A stretch of DNA of 64,000 nt from Myxococcota bacterium (GTDB taxonomy: Bacteria > Myxococcota_A > UBA796 > SXON01): the NCBI GenBank assembly GCA_040386535.1, contig JAZKFH010000009.1, forward strand, positions 128,001 through 192,000, in the 5' to 3' direction. The position numbers and the translations under genes are program-made. Numbering within the stretch: the stretch's first letter is position 1; each line of letters starts with the position of its first letter. Of the stretch, positions 55,549-64,000 are shown one piece after another. Below the pieces are notes generated by a model. That model was not told the origin of the DNA and ran no database searches. It saw only the letters and a program-made list of their open reading frames with translations.

Positions 55549-56187
55549 TCACCCGTCGAGGTGGGTCGCGTCGTCGAAGGTCAGGATGTGCGGTGTCCCG
55601 TCGAGCGCGAGCGTGGTGACGCCCGTGTTCCGATGCATGAATGTTCGGAACGTGGAGAGCGGCGCGCCGGAGTGGTGGCACACGACGGTGGCGAGCACGA
55701 GCTGGTGGGTGACGACGGCCACGGTCTCGCCGGGGGCGACGGTGGCCGCGATGCGAGCGATGGCCTCGAGCCCGCGCGCCTGCACGTCCGCGAGGACCTC
55801 CCCGCCGGGGAGCCGCACGGCGTGGGGCTGATCGCGCCACGCCACCACCAGGTCGGGGTATCGCTGCGCGAAGAGGGATGCGGAGAGCCCCTCGAGCTCG
55901 CCCATGTCCATCTCGACGAGCCCGGGCTCGGGCTGGGCCACGCCGAGCGGGGCGGCGGTCTGGCGGGCGCGCGCCAACGGGCTGGTCCACACCGCCGCGA
56001 TCGGGGTGCCGGCGAAGCGGCGGCCGAGGCGCGCGGCCTGGTCGAGCCCGACGGCGTCGAGCGGCAGATCGGTGCGGCCAAGGAACCGACGCTCGACGTT
56101 CCAGGCGGTCTGCCCGTGGCGGATGAGCAGGAGGCGCCCCGCGTGGGCGGGCGGGGTCTGCAAAGATGCTGTCAGGGTGGTGTCCAT
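55549..56187 (-). CDS. Histidine phosphatase (phosphoglycerate mutase family)
   Basis: 'LIRHGQT.WN', 'SPLARARQTA', 'EMDMG..EG', 'PGGE', 'VVTH'. Confidence 0.93.
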   Translation of the reverse strand: MDTTLTASLQTPPAHAGRLLLIRHGQTAWNVERRFLGRTDLPLDAVGLDQAARLGRRFAGTPIAAVWTSPLARARQTAAPLGVAQPEPGLVEMDMGELEGLSASLFAQRYPDLVVAWRDQPHAVRLPGGEVLADVQARGLEAIARIAATVAPGETVAVVTHQLVLATVVCHHSGAPLSTFRTFMHRNTGVTTLALDGTPHILTFDDATHLDG

Positions 56188-56249
56188 CCCGTCGAACGGT
56201 GCCCGCCCGGCTATCATTCGCGCGCCGGCGCTGGCCGGTTGGAGAGTGG

Positions 56250-57524
56250 ATGAGCGCGACGAAGAAGGAATACGACCCCCTATCGGGCATGTTCGGCGGC
56301 CCGGGCGGGAGTGCACCGGGCGCGAATGGCTCCGGCGGTGCCCGGCCGGGACGGCCGCTGCCCGACGTGAGCGACGAGACGCCGAAGGGTTCGTCCGCCG
56401 ACGCCCCCGAGCCGCGGCTCGCGCAGGTGGCCAAGCCGGCGCCTCCCCCCGCGCCCGCACCCGCGCCGGGGCCCGACCCGCGGCAGCTCGCCAAGATCCT
56501 CGCCAAGGCCGCCGCCGCGAAGGCGGGCGCCCCCTCGCGCCCCGCTCCCGCGCCGGACGCGCCGGCGGTCGCTTCGGAGCGCCCCGCGGCGCCGGCGAAC
56601 CGCCTCGGCTCGCTCCCGGCGCCCGTCGCCGCTCCGGCCCCCGTCGCCCCGCCCAGCCGCCTCGGCGCGCTCGCGGCGCCGCCGCCCAGGCGCTCGCTCT
56701 CCGCCACGGAGGCCCTCGAGGCCGCCCGCGTCGCGGAGACCGCCCGCGCCTCCGAGGCCGCCCGTCCCGCCGTCGCCGCGCCTCCGGTGGCCGCGCCGCC
56801 CGTCGCCCCCCCCGTCGCGGCGCTCCCGTCCGCCGGGCCTCCGGGCCGCCTCGTGGCCTCGCCCGCCGGCGCGGTCAAGCCCGCCGCGGCCCCCGTGGCC
56901 GCGCCGCCCCCCGTCGCGCCTCCCGCGGCGCCCGTCATCCCGCCGCGCCCCGCGGCGGGGCGCCTCGGCGCGCTCCCGGCGCCCGCGGCCGCACCGGCGC
57001 CCACCCCCGCGGCCCCGGCCGGCCGCCTCGGCGCCCTCGGCGCGCCGCCTCCGAAGCGCACCCTCTCCGCGACCGAGGCCCTCGAGGCCGCGCGGATCGC
57101 CGAGACCGCGCGCGCCACCGAGGCCGCCCGCCCCGCGCCGCCGCCGCCGGCCGCGGCGCCCGCCGCGCCCGTCGTCGCGCCCGCCACCCCGGTCGAGGGC
57201 CTCACCGACAACGCCCAGGCCTTCATCCGGGCGGCCCTCCCGGGCTCCCCGCTCTACGTGGCGTCCGCGGTGCTCGTGGACGATCGCGGCGTGCAGCTCC
57301 CCCTCTGGAAGAGCCACCGCGCGCGGCTCCTCGCGGCGAACGACGTCCGCACCGCCCTCGTCGCGGCGACCGTGGTGCACGCCCTCGGCGCGGTGCCGCG
57401 CGGCCAGCTCCTCGCGGCCCTCGTGGTCCGTGACGGCGGCGACCTGCTCGTGTGGTTCGACCTGCGCGATGCCCGGGTCGTGGCGGCGCTGGATCGCGGC
57501 CGGGAGTGGGGCGTCTCGTTCTGA
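56250..57524 (+). CDS. Pro/Ala-rich protein with a duplicated 38-aa helical motif and a folded C-terminal domain
   Basis: GGAG SD, 'KKEYDPLSGMFG', repeats at 56658-56771 and 57024-57137. Confidence 0.75.
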   Translation: MSATKKEYDPLSGMFGGPGGSAPGANGSGGARPGRPLPDVSDETPKGSSADAPEPRLAQVAKPAPPPAPAPAPGPDPRQLAKILAKAAAAKAGAPSRPAPAPDAPAVASERPAAPANRLGSLPAPVAAPAPVAPPSRLGALAAPPPRRSLSATEALEAARVAETARASEAARPAVAAPPVAAPPVAPPVAALPSAGPPGRLVASPAGAVKPAAAPVAAPPPVAPPAAPVIPPRPAAGRLGALPAPAAAPAPTPAAPAGRLGALGAPPPKRTLSATEALEAARIAETARATEAARPAPPPPAAAPAAPVVAPATPVEGLTDNAQAFIRAALPGSPLYVASAVLVDDRGVQLPLWKSHRARLLAANDVRTALVAATVVHALGAVPRGQLLAALVVRDGGDLLVWFDLRDARVVAALDRGREWGVSF

Positions 57525-57537
57525 GGGCCTGAACCGT

Positions 57538-57565
57538 GCACGTGGCCGTGGAAGCGGCCGCGCGC
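57538..57565. terminator. Hairpin between convergent genes
   Basis: GCACGTGGCCGT-GGAA-GCGGCCGCGCGC. Confidence 0.45.
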
Positions 57566-57569
57566 TGCT

Positions 57570-58664
57570 TCAGTCGAGCATCGCCCGCTCGCGCAACGTG
57601 GTGCCGCGCGGCACCCACCGGGCGAGGCGCGCACCGATCACCAGCGGCGCGGCGCGCAAGGCGTCTCCGTCCCGGCTGCCGGTGAGCAGGTGGGCCAACC
57701 GCAGCTCGTCGATGACGGCGGTGACGGCCTCGTGGAGCGCCGGGAGCCCACGCGCCTGGGCCTGGAGGAACGGCCGCGCGATGCCCGCGCAGGTGGCGCC
57801 GAGCGCGATCGCCTTGGCGGCCGCGAGCCCGTCCGACACGCCGCCCGTCGCGATGATGCCGAGCCCCAGGTCCGTCAGCTGCGCCACGGAGGCCGCAGTG
57901 GGGATGCCCCAGTCCCAGTAGCGCTCGCCGAGCGCGCGTTGCCCGGCCGCGGCGCGCCGCGCCTCCACCCCCACCCAGGAGGTACCCCCCGCGCCGCTCA
58001 CGTCGACCCAGCGCACGCCCACGCCGACGAGGCGCTCGGCTACGCGGCGGGAGAGGCCGCACCCGGTCTCCTTGACGATGACCGGCTGGCGCAGCTCGGC
58101 CACCAGGCGCCGGATGGCCTCCAGGCCGCCACGGAAGTCCTGGTCGCCCTCGGGCTGGACCACCTCCATCGCGGGGTTCAGGTGCACGCACAGGGCGTCG
58201 GCGCCGCACGCGTCGAGCATGTCGGCCAGGGCCCTGGTGGTCGTCTCCCGGGCCTGCACGACGCCGATGTTGCCGAAGATGGGCGCCGTGGGCGCCACGT
58301 CCCGCACGAAGTACCCGTCGCGGATGCCGCGCGTGAGCAGGGGGCGCTGCGAGCCGAAGCAGAGCCCCACGCCGAGCGCCTCGGCCACCGTGGCGAGGTC
58401 ACGGTTGATGGCCTCGGCCTTGACGGTGCCGCCGGTCATCGCGGCGATGAAGAGTGGCGCGCGGAGGCGCTTGCCGGCGAACGAGCACGAGAGGTCGATC
58501 TCGTCGAGGGCGAGCTCGGGGAGCGCGTCGTGGACGAGCTCGACATCCTCGAACAGCGTCGTCTTGGCGTGGAAGCCCACGTCGTCGGAGACGCAGAGCG
58601 CGATGTGATCGGCCTTGCGAGCGGCGATGTCGGGGACGCCCGGCGAGGGCTTGGTGTCGGGCAT
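57570..58664 (-). CDS. fni: Type 2 isopentenyl-diphosphate delta-isomerase
   Basis: 'RKADHI', 'AMTGG', 'GSQR', 'HLNPAME..QPEGD', 'VKETGCG', 'GAGGTSW', 'WGIPT'. Confidence 0.96.
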   Translation of the reverse strand: MPDTKPSPGVPDIAARKADHIALCVSDDVGFHAKTTLFEDVELVHDALPELALDEIDLSCSFAGKRLRAPLFIAAMTGGTVKAEAINRDLATVAEALGVGLCFGSQRPLLTRGIRDGYFVRDVAPTAPIFGNIGVVQARETTTRALADMLDACGADALCVHLNPAMEVVQPEGDQDFRGGLEAIRRLVAELRQPVIVKETGCGLSRRVAERLVGVGVRWVDVSGAGGTSWVGVEARRAAAGQRALGERYWDWGIPTAASVAQLTDLGLGIIATGGVSDGLAAAKAIALGATCAGIARPFLQAQARGLPALHEAVTAVIDELRLAHLLTGSRDGDALRAAPLVIGARLARWVPRGTTLRERAMLD

Positions 58665-58668
58665 CCGT

Positions 58669-59544
58669 TCACGCCTCCTGGCGCGGGGGAGGGAGGGCGT
58701 CGGCGATGGCGCTCCGGGCCCCGGGGTAGGCGCCGGTGGCGATGGAGACGGCCAGCGGCGCGAACCCCTCGGCGGCGACGGCCGAGCCGAAACGCTCGCG
58801 GGCCTCGGGGTCCGGCAGGAAGACGACGGCCATGTCGCCCCCGCCGGCGCCGCTCGGCTTGGCCGCGCCCCCGACCGACGCCGCCAGGGTGGTGATGCGC
58901 GCATGGGCGGGCGTGTCGTAGGCAATCCCGGCGTCTTGCGCCATCGCCCGGAGGAGCAGATAGGCCTCCCGGATCACGGTGATGGGATCCTTCTCGAACG
59001 CGTCCACCAGGGACCGCGACGCGGCGACGAAGGACGCGCGGCTGGTCCAGGCGAGGTACTGCGCCAGCCGCGGGCCGGTCTGGGCGCTCGTGCCGGACCA
59101 CACCGCCAGCAAGGTCGGACAGGCCACCTCCGCCCCGTCGGGGAACCGGCGCACGCCACCGAGGAGCGACGCGAACACGTCCACGCCGCTGCCTCCCCCC
59201 TGCACTTCGGCGTGGGCCTCGTAGGCGCGCCGGGCGGGCAACCCGGCCGCCATCGCCGCGGCCACGACCGCCGCGGCCGAGCCGCCGAACCCGGGCTTGT
59301 CGCCGCCGCGCGCGAAGATCCGCCGGTCGACCGGGTTCCAGTCGGAGAAGGTGTACGTGGCGGCCGGCGCCCCCACGAGCGCGGCGCGGACGAAGCGATC
59401 GTCGCCCGGGGTGACGATCTCGTCTCCTGGCGTCACGACGCAGCGGACCCCACGGTCGACCGCGGCGACGATGGCGCCGGCGCCGTCGAGCACCGCGTAC
59501 TCTCCGACGAGCACGAGCTTTCCGGGCGCGAGGATGGTCTTCAT
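58669..59544 (-). CDS. mvaK2: Phosphomevalonate kinase (GHMP family, compact)
   Basis: 'APGKLVLVGEYAVL', 'KPGFGGSAA', 'GSGVDV', 'KPSGAGGGD'; operon context. Confidence 0.85.
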   Translation of the reverse strand: MKTILAPGKLVLVGEYAVLDGAGAIVAAVDRGVRCVVTPGDEIVTPGDDRFVRAALVGAPAATYTFSDWNPVDRRIFARGGDKPGFGGSAAAVVAAAMAAGLPARRAYEAHAEVQGGGSGVDVFASLLGGVRRFPDGAEVACPTLLAVWSGTSAQTGPRLAQYLAWTSRASFVAASRSLVDAFEKDPITVIREAYLLLRAMAQDAGIAYDTPAHARITTLAASVGGAAKPSGAGGGDMAVVFLPDPEARERFGSAVAAEGFAPLAVSIATGAYPGARSAIADALPPPRQEA

Positions 59545-59560
59545 TCGCAGGGTTCTCCGG

Positions 59561-60517
59561 TCACTCGAGGTGGGCCGGCCCGCCCGGCGCGAGCAGCTCG
59601 ACCCGGTCTGTCACGGCGGAGAGCGCGGCGCGCACCCGCTCGGCGTCCGCCGCCTCGCAGAGCACCTTCACGTTCGGCCCCGCGTCCATCGTGTACCAGG
59701 CGCCGACGCCGAGGGCCCGCAGGCCTTTCACGGCGTCGATCGCGGCCATCGTGCCCGCGCGCCAGTAGCAGAGCGGGGGATCGGCGGCCATCATGCTCGC
59801 GTGCATGCGCATGGAGGAGCGCTCCACGATCGTGCCGAGCGCCTCGATGTCCTTGGCGCGCACGGCGGCGCGCGCCTCGTTCACGTCGCGCGGCGCGCAC
59901 TCGGTCCACACCGGGTAGTACGGCGAGGTCTGCTGCGTATGGACCATGCCGTCGGTGGAGGTGGTGCCCTTCGGGCCCGAGGCGAGCACGGCGACGAGCA
60001 TGCGCACGTCCCAGTGGTCGGGCGGCGCGAGGGGGATGCCGTGGCTGTCGGTGCCGTCCGCGCGGCTGCCCATCGGCCACTCCACCCAGCCGCCGAACAG
60101 GCTCCGCGTGGCGCTGCCCGAGCCGCGGCGTGCGAACACGGCGAGCTCCTCGACCGGGCGGCCGCGTCCAGACGCGGCGTCGGCGGCGAGCACGAGCGCG
60201 GCGAAGCCCGACGAGGACGACGCGAGGCCCGCCGCCGTCGGGAAATTGTTCTCGCTGGTGACGACGCAGCGCGGGCGCCACGGGTCGAGCAGGTCGAGGT
60301 TCATGAAGACGCGGCGCGCCTCCTTCCCGTCGAGCAGCTGGCCGTTGAGCCAGGCCTCGTCGGCCTCGGCGCCCCAGTTCACCGTGGTGCGGGTGGCGTA
60401 CGGCGCGAGCGTGAGGGACAAGCTCGGCGTGGCCGGCAGGTTCAACGCGCGATCACGCTTGCCCCAGTACTTGCAGAGCGCGATGTTCGGATGGGCGATG
60501 GCGGTGGCGATGGACAC
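59561..60517 (-). CDS. mvaD: Diphosphomevalonate decarboxylase
   Basis: 'NIALCKYWGK', 'FPTAAGLASSSSG', 'GSGSA.RS', 'TMDAGPNVK'. Confidence 0.96.
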   Translation of the reverse strand: MSIATAIAHPNIALCKYWGKRDRALNLPATPSLSLTLAPYATRTTVNWGAEADEAWLNGQLLDGKEARRVFMNLDLLDPWRPRCVVTSENNFPTAAGLASSSSGFAALVLAADAASGRGRPVEELAVFARRGSGSATRSLFGGWVEWPMGSRADGTDSHGIPLAPPDHWDVRMLVAVLASGPKGTTSTDGMVHTQQTSPYYPVWTECAPRDVNEARAAVRAKDIEALGTIVERSSMRMHASMMAADPPLCYWRAGTMAAIDAVKGLRALGVGAWYTMDAGPNVKVLCEAADAERVRAALSAVTDRVELLAPGGPAHLE

Positions 60518-60569
60518 GGCCGGCTCCTATCGCGATGGACCCGCGGCGGCGCCTCCGGTCGGCGCGGCT

Positions 60570-61427
60570 TCACCCGCCGACCACCACCCCGAACCCTCGA
60601 AACCCCGCCGCTCCCACCGCCACGAGCACCGCCGCCACACGCTCGGGCGCCACCACCCCGATCGCAACGCCCCCTCCGCCCGCCCCCGCGAGCTTCGCGC
60701 CGGACGCGCCCGCCTCGAGGAGGACGGCGCACGCGCGGTCGAGCGCCGGCGTCGAGACGCCGATGCGCCGCAGCAGCTGGTGGTTCTCGGTGAAGAGGGG
60801 GCCGGGGTCCTCGCCGCGCTGGAGCCGCGCCGAGACCATCTCCGCGAGCGCGCCGATGCGCCGCAGGTCGGCGTGGGGAGCGCGCGCGCGCACGCCGGCG
60901 ACCATCGCGGCGGTGTCGCCGGGGGTGCCCGTGTCCACGACCACGAGGTGCAGGGGCGTCGGCACGTCGATCGCTACGATCTCGGGCCCCTCGCGCTTGT
61001 AGAGCACCACCCGGTTCAGCGCGCTGACCGCGTGGTCCACGCCGGACGGGGTGCCGTGGAGCACACGTTCGGGCAGGAACCCCTTCTCGAAACACTCCTC
61101 GAAGTCGGCGTCCCGGCCCTCCCGCGCCGCCAGCGCGCGGATCGTCGCGACGGCGAGGGCGGCGCTCGATCCCATCCCGCAGCCGACGGGCAGATCGGAC
61201 TCGATGGAGACGCCGACCCCGTCCGTGGGGAGGAGCGTCGCGAGCGCGGGCCACACGCGATCGTCCCGGATCGCGCTGTGCTCCAGGGCCGAGGGGCCGG
61301 TGCGCGCGGTCAGGGTGACGGTGGTGCGCAGGGACACGGCCGCGGCCACGGCGCGGTAACCGTACACGACGGCGTGCTCCCCGGAGAGGATGAGCTTGCC
61401 GGGGGCCGCCCCGCGCCACGGGCCCAC
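60570..61427 (-). CDS. mvk: Mevalonate kinase
   Basis: 'PGKLILSGEHAVVYG', 'PVGCGMGSSAA', 'HGTPSGVD', 'GAKLAGAGGGG'. Confidence 0.93.
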   Translation of the reverse strand: MGPWRGAAPGKLILSGEHAVVYGYRAVAAAVSLRTTVTLTARTGPSALEHSAIRDDRVWPALATLLPTDGVGVSIESDLPVGCGMGSSAALAVATIRALAAREGRDADFEECFEKGFLPERVLHGTPSGVDHAVSALNRVVLYKREGPEIVAIDVPTPLHLVVVDTGTPGDTAAMVAGVRARAPHADLRRIGALAEMVSARLQRGEDPGPLFTENHQLLRRIGVSTPALDRACAVLLEAGASGAKLAGAGGGGVAIGVVAPERVAAVLVAVGAAGFRGFGVVVGG

Positions 61428-61431
61428 GCCG

Positions 61432-62709
61432 TCAGCCCGCGCGCAGCCGCGCGAGCTCGGCCTCCGCGCGCTCGGCCGTGAACTCGTGCGTCGCGACGAG
61501 CGCCTGCACGACGGCCGCCACCTCGGCGGGCTCCGCGCCGGCACCGAGCGCCACGGTGCGCGCGTGCATGCGCATGTGGCCCTCCTGGATGCCCTCGGTC
61601 GCGAGGGCCCGCAGGGCGCCGAGGTTCTGCACGAGGCCCACCGCCGCCATCAGGCAGGCGAGATCGCGCGCGCCCGACACCTCGGCCACCTTGAGGTTGG
61701 CCTGCACGGTGGGGTGCACGCGGATGGGGCCGCCCACGGTGCCGACCTGGAGCGGGAGGGTGAGCACCCCCACGAGGGTGCCCTCGCTGTCGATCTTCCA
61801 GGAGGAGAGGGGCTTGTAGCTCCCGGTGCGCGCGGCCCACGCGTGGGCGCCGGCCTCGATCGCGCGCCAGTCGTTGCCCGTCGCGATCGCCACGGCGTCG
61901 ATGCCGTTCATGATGCCCTTGTTGTGGGTCGCGGCGCGGTAGGGGTCGGCGTAGGCGAAGCGGTAGGCGGCGGCGATGCCCTCGGCCATCACGGCGCCGT
62001 CGTCCGGATCGAGGTGTTCGGGGCGGAGCCGCACGGTCGCCTTCGCGAGGCGCCGCTCGGCGAGGTTCGAGAGGATGCGCAAGCCGACGGTGCCGCCGCA
62101 GATGCGCGCGACATCGGGCGCGAGCCGCTCCGCGAGCGTGTTCACCATGTTGGCGCCCATGGCGTCGACGCAGTCGAGCCAGAAGTGGAGCACCACCATG
62201 TCCTCCGGCACCTCACCGGGCTCGTCGTACCGGAGCTCGCGCACCTCCATCCCGCGCACGCCGCCGCCGAGCTGCTCGAGCTGCACGTGCACGCCCCGAC
62301 ACTGCTCGGTCAGCTGCGGGATCGCGAGCCGCAGGCGTTCGGCCGCGCCGGGGGAGGGGCCGATGATCTGCACCTGGCCGATCATCTCGCTGGTGTCGGC
62401 CTCGGCGACGATCCCGCCGCTCGGCCGCGCGATGCGGGCCATGTTGGAGACCGCCGCCACCACGCTCGGCTCCTCCATCGCCATCGGCACGAGCCGGTCG
62501 CGGCCGTTGACCACGAGGTTGACCGCCACGCCGCAGGGAAGGGCGAGCAGGCCGACCACATTCTCGATCATCGCGTCGGCCCGCGCGAGGGAGAGCCCGG
62601 CGTCGGTGTACGCGAGCAGCTCCGCCTCGGTGAGCCCGACGTGGGCACCGACGGCGGCGCGCCGCGCCTCGGGGGTCAGGCGGTAGAAGCCGGGGATACG
62701 AGACGACAT
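61432..62709 (-). CDS. mvaA: Class II HMG-CoA reductase
   Basis: 'ENVVG', 'EEPSVVAA', 'DAMGAN', 'THNKGIMNG', 'GIQEGHMRMH'. Confidence 0.96.
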   Translation of the reverse strand: MSSRIPGFYRLTPEARRAAVGAHVGLTEAELLAYTDAGLSLARADAMIENVVGLLALPCGVAVNLVVNGRDRLVPMAMEEPSVVAAVSNMARIARPSGGIVAEADTSEMIGQVQIIGPSPGAAERLRLAIPQLTEQCRGVHVQLEQLGGGVRGMEVRELRYDEPGEVPEDMVVLHFWLDCVDAMGANMVNTLAERLAPDVARICGGTVGLRILSNLAERRLAKATVRLRPEHLDPDDGAVMAEGIAAAYRFAYADPYRAATHNKGIMNGIDAVAIATGNDWRAIEAGAHAWAARTGSYKPLSSWKIDSEGTLVGVLTLPLQVGTVGGPIRVHPTVQANLKVAEVSGARDLACLMAAVGLVQNLGALRALATEGIQEGHMRMHARTVALGAGAEPAEVAAVVQALVATHEFTAERAEAELARLRAG

Positions 62710-62749
62710 CGGCGCCTCGTAACCCACACGTGCTCGCCGCTCACCGGGA

Positions 62750-64000
<1,251 letters not shown>

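Overview
A very GC-rich, gene-dense bacterial chromosomal segment with about 50 real CDS; most of the long ORFs in the track are shadow frames. The gene content suggests a Myxococcota-like organism (inference): MYXO-CTERM-like tail, MopE-type Cys/Asp repeats, a mevalonate pathway and many acidic lipoproteins. Recognisable housekeeping genes are miaB, nadE, mpl, dsbD, hslO, a sigma-70 factor, a five-gene mevalonate operon (mvaA-mvk-mvaD-PMK-fni), an acyl-CoA ligase, ABC transporters, a prolyl oligopeptidase and a penicillin acylase. I saw no rRNA, canonical tRNA, CRISPR array, transposase or integrase. The main leads are: (1) a translationally coupled operon of class-III aminotransferase, LuxE-like, LuxC-like and M19 dipeptidase genes with no luciferase, whose chemistry parallels ArgBCDE/LysZYJK (carboxylate to aldehyde to amine, then hydrolytic release); (2) a ~90-100 nt palindromic element present twice with compensatory base changes, once intergenic and once in-frame inside an ATPase gene; (3) several intact ORFs lacking catalytic residues (caspase, polyprenyl synthase, Mo-enzyme, HAD, possible PP2C); (4) unusual expression signals, namely apparent leaderless starts, probable CTG starts and 9-12 residue lipoprotein signal peptides without basic residues; (5) a long structured leader in front of the sigma factor. 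All family assignments come from motifs read by eye; no database search was run.
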